This document shows positions 60,413 through 64,000 of a DNA stretch of 64,000 bases, piece by piece (position 1 is the first letter of the stretch; the number at the start of each line of letters is the position of its first letter). The position numbers and the translations under genes are program-made. This DNA is from a virus, in IMG/VR virus record IMGVR_UViG_3300037961_005106, positions 15,235 to 79,234 of that record. One strand, 5' to 3'. Below the pieces are notes generated by a model. The model made no database searches and was not told the DNA's origin. It saw only the letters and a list, made by a program, of their open reading frames with translations.

Positions 60413-62845
60413 GTGGCCAATAGAAAGATCTCACAATTTCCGACGATTGAATCGGTAGATATTGCTAATGCAGATCTTCTGACCCTGGTTCACGTCTTTG
60501 AAGTTGATCCTGCGTTAAGGAATAAAAAGATTAGTTTTAGTGGGTTTAGGAGTTACCTAGATCAATATTATATTAACGTAGGCGAAGATCCGACTTATAA
60601 CAATGTAACTATTACAGGAAACCTTGGGGTTAGTGGAGACACTAGCCTCAATACTTTGTCTGTTAGTGGGGCATCAGATTTTCAAGCTGTTCTTATTGGC
60701 GGTGATTTAAGTGTTAGTGGCAGTTTTTCAGTCACTGGTACAATCACTGGCAGTCAAATTGAAGTTGATAATGTTGTAGCTGATTTTATTGAAATCAGTT
60801 CAGGTAATTTTACAATGATTACCGGGACAACAATTGATTTTGTTACCGGTTATTTTGACACAATGTCAGGCGCAACCCTGACAGGTGAAAGTTTTGGTGT
60901 TGTCTCAGGCATTATTGTTGATGCAGATATCAACGATCTTTATGCTCAAGTCGCTCAGATCGATACGTTATCAAATAATAATGCTACTTTTACAGGCATT
61001 CTGACCCATAGTGGGACTATTAATGCCAATGATATTAATGCAACAGGCACTATTTCTGGTGCAACAATTACAGGTGATATTGGTCAGTACACAACCTTAA
61101 CTGGTCAAACAGCAGTCTTTACAACACAAGTTTTTGGTACCAATATCACAGGTGACTCTGCTTATTTTGAACGGACAACAGGTACTTTTATTGATGTTAC
61201 TAATCTGTCAGGTACCACAATTACCGGTGATTACGGACAGTTTTTAAACCTTACAGGTTTTAGTTCACACGCTACTTCATTCTCTGGCACTACGATCACA
61301 GGAGATACAGCTAGTCTTGCTGTTACTTTAGGAACATCAGGTTTCTTTACTTATCTTTCTGGTATAACCGTTACTGGTGCTTCAGGTTTATTTACTAATG
61401 TTCAAGCTCAAACATTAACCGCAGCAAACTTACAGTTTAGTGGTGACCAAACTGTTAGCGGTAGTTTTACTGTCTTAGAAGATTTATTTGTTGGCGGTTC
61501 AGGGTACTTTGCTTCTGGTATTACAGTAACCGGAGAAGTAAGCGGTGAAATCATTACCGCTCAATCAGGTAATTTTGACACAATTATTACAGCTCCACTA
61601 ATTACAGGAACTGTTTCGGGTGACAATGTTTATGTTAGTGGCACCATTACTGGCACAACAATTTCCACAACCAGTGGTCATTTTGTAACAGCTACTGGAA
61701 CGAGCGCAGAGTTTACAACTTTCAATGGTGCTTCAGGCGTCTTTACTAATGTCACTGGCACTTCGTTCTCAGGAACCACAATTCATGCACAGACAGGAGT
61801 GTTTGCTTCTGGTACTGCTCTAAGACCTTCTATTTCTTTTGAAGGACAAGATGACACAGGTATTTTTGTTACAAGCGGTGTTATTGATGGTAACCCAGCA
61901 GAAGAAAAATATTTAGGTTTTACAACCAGTGGACAAGAACGTTTCCGCATTAGCCGTTATGGTGCCCTGGGTATTTCAGGAGAAAACTACGGTGCCCATG
62001 GACAAGTTTTAGTTTCTCAAGGAGCAGGCGAAGCACCAACATGGACAAGCACGATCAGCGGTATTGTCATTAGTGGTGGTGAAATTACAATTACCGGTGA
62101 TTTATTTGTTAGTAATACAATCACTGGCTATCGAATTTCCGGTGAATTTATTGATGCCGTACAGGAAATAACAGCAGCAAGTGGTGCATTTGCTGGTACT
62201 GTCACTGGTTTAACAGTACTTGCTACGACTTTATCGGGTGCTACTGTTTCTGGACAAACAGTTACAGGTACAAGAGCACTCTTTACAACAGGTACATTCC
62301 AAGATTTATTTGTTGACGACGACTTTGTCATTGGAGACAATCTTACTGTTAGTGGTGATTTAGAAGTTAGTGGCAACTCAGTCTTTGATAGTGGAATTGT
62401 TGTTAGTGGTTCTAGTGTATTCCGTGAAGGAATTACGGTTACTGGTACAAGTAATTTTGTTAGCGGTATTCTTATTGGACAAAATTTAACAGTCACTGGA
62501 ACTATTTCTGGTACCACTGTTACAGGCGAAACAGCACTCTTTACAACAGGTCAGTTCAACGATCTTTATATTGATGATGTATTTATTGTTGGTGACAACC
62601 TAACAGTTAGTGGTGATTTAAACGTTAGTGGAGAAGCTTATTTTGAAAGTGGTTTAACAAGTAGAGATCAAGCATTTTTCCCTTCAGGTAGTCAAGCAAA
62701 TCCAGGTATTGCTTTTATTGATGATGCAAATACAGGTTTATATACAAGTTCAGGAGACGCAATTGAATTCACTGCAGGAGCAACTAGAAAAGCAACAATC
62801 TCTTCTGGTACCTATGGTGCGGTCCTAACAATTTGGGGTAACTGA
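60413..62845 (+). CDS. Tail fibre / receptor-binding protein
   Basis: MANRKISQ..; Thr/Gly/Ser beta-repeats; SGT...PSI.F..D.DTG modules. Confidence 0.8.
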   Translation: MANRKISQFPTIESVDIANADLLTLVHVFEVDPALRNKKISFSGFRSYLDQYYINVGEDPTYNNVTITGNLGVSGDTSLNTLSVSGASDFQAVLIGGDLSVSGSFSVTGTITGSQIEVDNVVADFIEISSGNFTMITGTTIDFVTGYFDTMSGATLTGESFGVVSGIIVDADINDLYAQVAQIDTLSNNNATFTGILTHSGTINANDINATGTISGATITGDIGQYTTLTGQTAVFTTQVFGTNITGDSAYFERTTGTFIDVTNLSGTTITGDYGQFLNLTGFSSHATSFSGTTITGDTASLAVTLGTSGFFTYLSGITVTGASGLFTNVQAQTLTAANLQFSGDQTVSGSFTVLEDLFVGGSGYFASGITVTGEVSGEIITAQSGNFDTIITAPLITGTVSGDNVYVSGTITGTTISTTSGHFVTATGTSAEFTTFNGASGVFTNVTGTSFSGTTIHAQTGVFASGTALRPSISFEGQDDTGIFVTSGVIDGNPAEEKYLGFTTSGQERFRISRYGALGISGENYGAHGQVLVSQGAGEAPTWTSTISGIVISGGEITITGDLFVSNTITGYRISGEFIDAVQEITAASGAFAGTVTGLTVLATTLSGATVSGQTVTGTRALFTTGTFQDLFVDDDFVIGDNLTVSGDLEVSGNSVFDSGIVVSGSSVFREGITVTGTSNFVSGILIGQNLTVTGTISGTTVTGETALFTTGQFNDLYIDDVFIVGDNLTVSGDLNVSGEAYFESGLTSRDQAFFPSGSQANPGIAFIDDANTGLYTSSGDAIEFTAGATRKATISSGTYGAVLTIWGN
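62260..62650 (+). repeat. Internal duplication within the tail fibre gene
   Basis: VTGTRALFTTGTFQDLFVDDDFVIGDNLTVSGDLEVSG vs VTGETALFTTGQFNDLYIDDVFIVGDNLTVSGDLNVSG. Confidence 0.75.
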
Positions 62846-62886
62846 GTTAGAATGTATTTAAAAGTAGTAGCTGAGATCCTTTAATC

Positions 62887-63645
62887 ATGCCACAGTTTGG
62901 CGAAGTCCGCGTTGATTTTATAACATTTACGACAGGGGTCTCTCCAAACGAGGCTAGTGTTACTGTTCCTGTTTCAGGACTTCTTCGTAATCCTACTTTT
63001 AGCGGCAATGTCATCATTAATGGTGACTTAGATGTTAAAGGAGATATTACAAATAGCGGTAATTACAATACCGTAACAGGTAATATTACAACAACTAGTG
63101 GCACAATCTCAGGTGCTATTGGAAGATTTACGACAGGCATTGTTGGAGATTTAACAGTCACCGGAACATTGTCTGGTGTTGATCGAATCTACTTTGAAAG
63201 CGGTAGTGCTACTGCTCCGTCAATTACATTTATTGACGATGAAAATACAGGTATTTTTACAGTAGCCCCCAACACAATTTCAATTACAGCCGATGGGGGT
63301 GAATGGTGGCGTATCTCCGGAAATGGTGATACTCATATGTTTAGCAGCGGAGCATTAAAGATTCCGTCTGGTACAACAGCCGCTCGACCAACTACTTCAG
63401 CTACCGGTATGATCCGGTACAACACAACCCTCAATCAATTTGAAGGTTACGACGGAACGTGGGCAATTCTTGGAGGAGGAGCTACAGGTTCTGGCGGTGA
63501 TAGAGTATTCCTATTGAATGAGCAAAATGTAACGACTAGTTATACTTTGCCATCAGGAGAAAATGCCACAAGCTGTGGTCCTATTTATTTAAATTCTGGT
63601 GTCACTGTCACTATTGGCACTGGTGAAAACTGGTCCATCGTTTAA
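62887..63645 (+). CDS. Tail fibre-associated protein
   Basis: PSGTTAARP....GMIRYNTT..QFEGY; GGGATG.G.D.VF..N...VT..YT; GPI....VTI....WSIV. Confidence 0.8.
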   Translation: MPQFGEVRVDFITFTTGVSPNEASVTVPVSGLLRNPTFSGNVIINGDLDVKGDITNSGNYNTVTGNITTTSGTISGAIGRFTTGIVGDLTVTGTLSGVDRIYFESGSATAPSITFIDDENTGIFTVAPNTISITADGGEWWRISGNGDTHMFSSGALKIPSGTTAARPTTSATGMIRYNTTLNQFEGYDGTWAILGGGATGSGGDRVFLLNEQNVTTSYTLPSGENATSCGPIYLNSGVTVTIGTGENWSIV

Positions 63646-63656
63646 TCTAAAGAACA

Positions 63657-64000
63657 ATGACATTACGACTCGGCGGCGACGGTGCAATTACAGGATGTAC
63701 TTCTTTAGAAAATCCTGATCTTACTGTTAGTGGTTTAACTATCAGTGGTAGTTTCGATGCAGAAAAAGTACTTGTAAGTTCTGGTACTGCTGCAGCGCCT
63801 TCTTATACGTTTAGTGGTGATACAGACAACGGTTTATATTATGCAGGCACCAATAGTATTGGTCTGTCTACTGCTGGTTCTAATGCAATTCTTATCGACA
63901 GCGCGGGAAATGTTGGGGTTGGTAACACTTCACCTGGATATAAACTTTCAGTCTTAACAACAGGTACGACTGATACTTCTCTGCACCTAGCAACAACCGG
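63657..64000 (+). CDS. Tail fibre protein, partial (runs off window)
   Basis: Hand translation MTLRLGGDGAITG...SGTAAAPSYTFSGDTDNGLY...IDSAGNVGVGNTSP. Confidence 0.75.
   Translation, partial: MTLRLGGDGAITGCTSLENPDLTVSGLTISGSFDAEKVLVSSGTAAAPSYTFSGDTDNGLYYAGTNSIGLSTAGSNAILIDSAGNVGVGNTSPGYKLSVLTTGTTDTSLHLATT

Overview
This is a 64 kb segment of an AT-rich dsDNA tailed phage, most likely a marine cyanophage with a phycobilisome-bearing Synechococcus-like host (inferred from a glutamine-II riboswitch plus DUF4278 peptide, two NblA-like ORFs, tRNA-Leu(UAA) and many cyanophage-type small ORFs). The left arm (about 1-24 kb) is mostly on the minus strand. It holds an early region of small ORFs, then ThyX, a Gp88-like protein, T7-like DNA polymerase A, SSB, DUF5895, Gp157, Dps, a PD-(D/E)XK exonuclease and a primase-polymerase start, with a plus-strand glycosyl/methyltransferase island. 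The strand switch at about 24 kb carries DnaA-box-like 9-mers. The right arm is mostly plus strand: putative internal virion proteins, many small Lys-rich proteins, terminase, portal, scaffold, major capsid, lytic transglycosylase, endolysin and tail fibres, with a short minus-strand dcd/MTase/HTH block. The main unexplained signals are: (1) three families of covarying structured elements (15 copies) in the spacers of the leftward transcript at a near-fixed distance from the next start codon; (2) a shared A-G-K-Y-like peptide motif in about a dozen otherwise unrelated proteins; (3) a 581-nt dual-coding portal/scaffold overlap; (4) an apparently inactive mini-integrase facing an excisionase-like gene; (5) a DUF5872-like gene split into two distant halves. 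Family assignments come from motif recognition by eye, not database searches.
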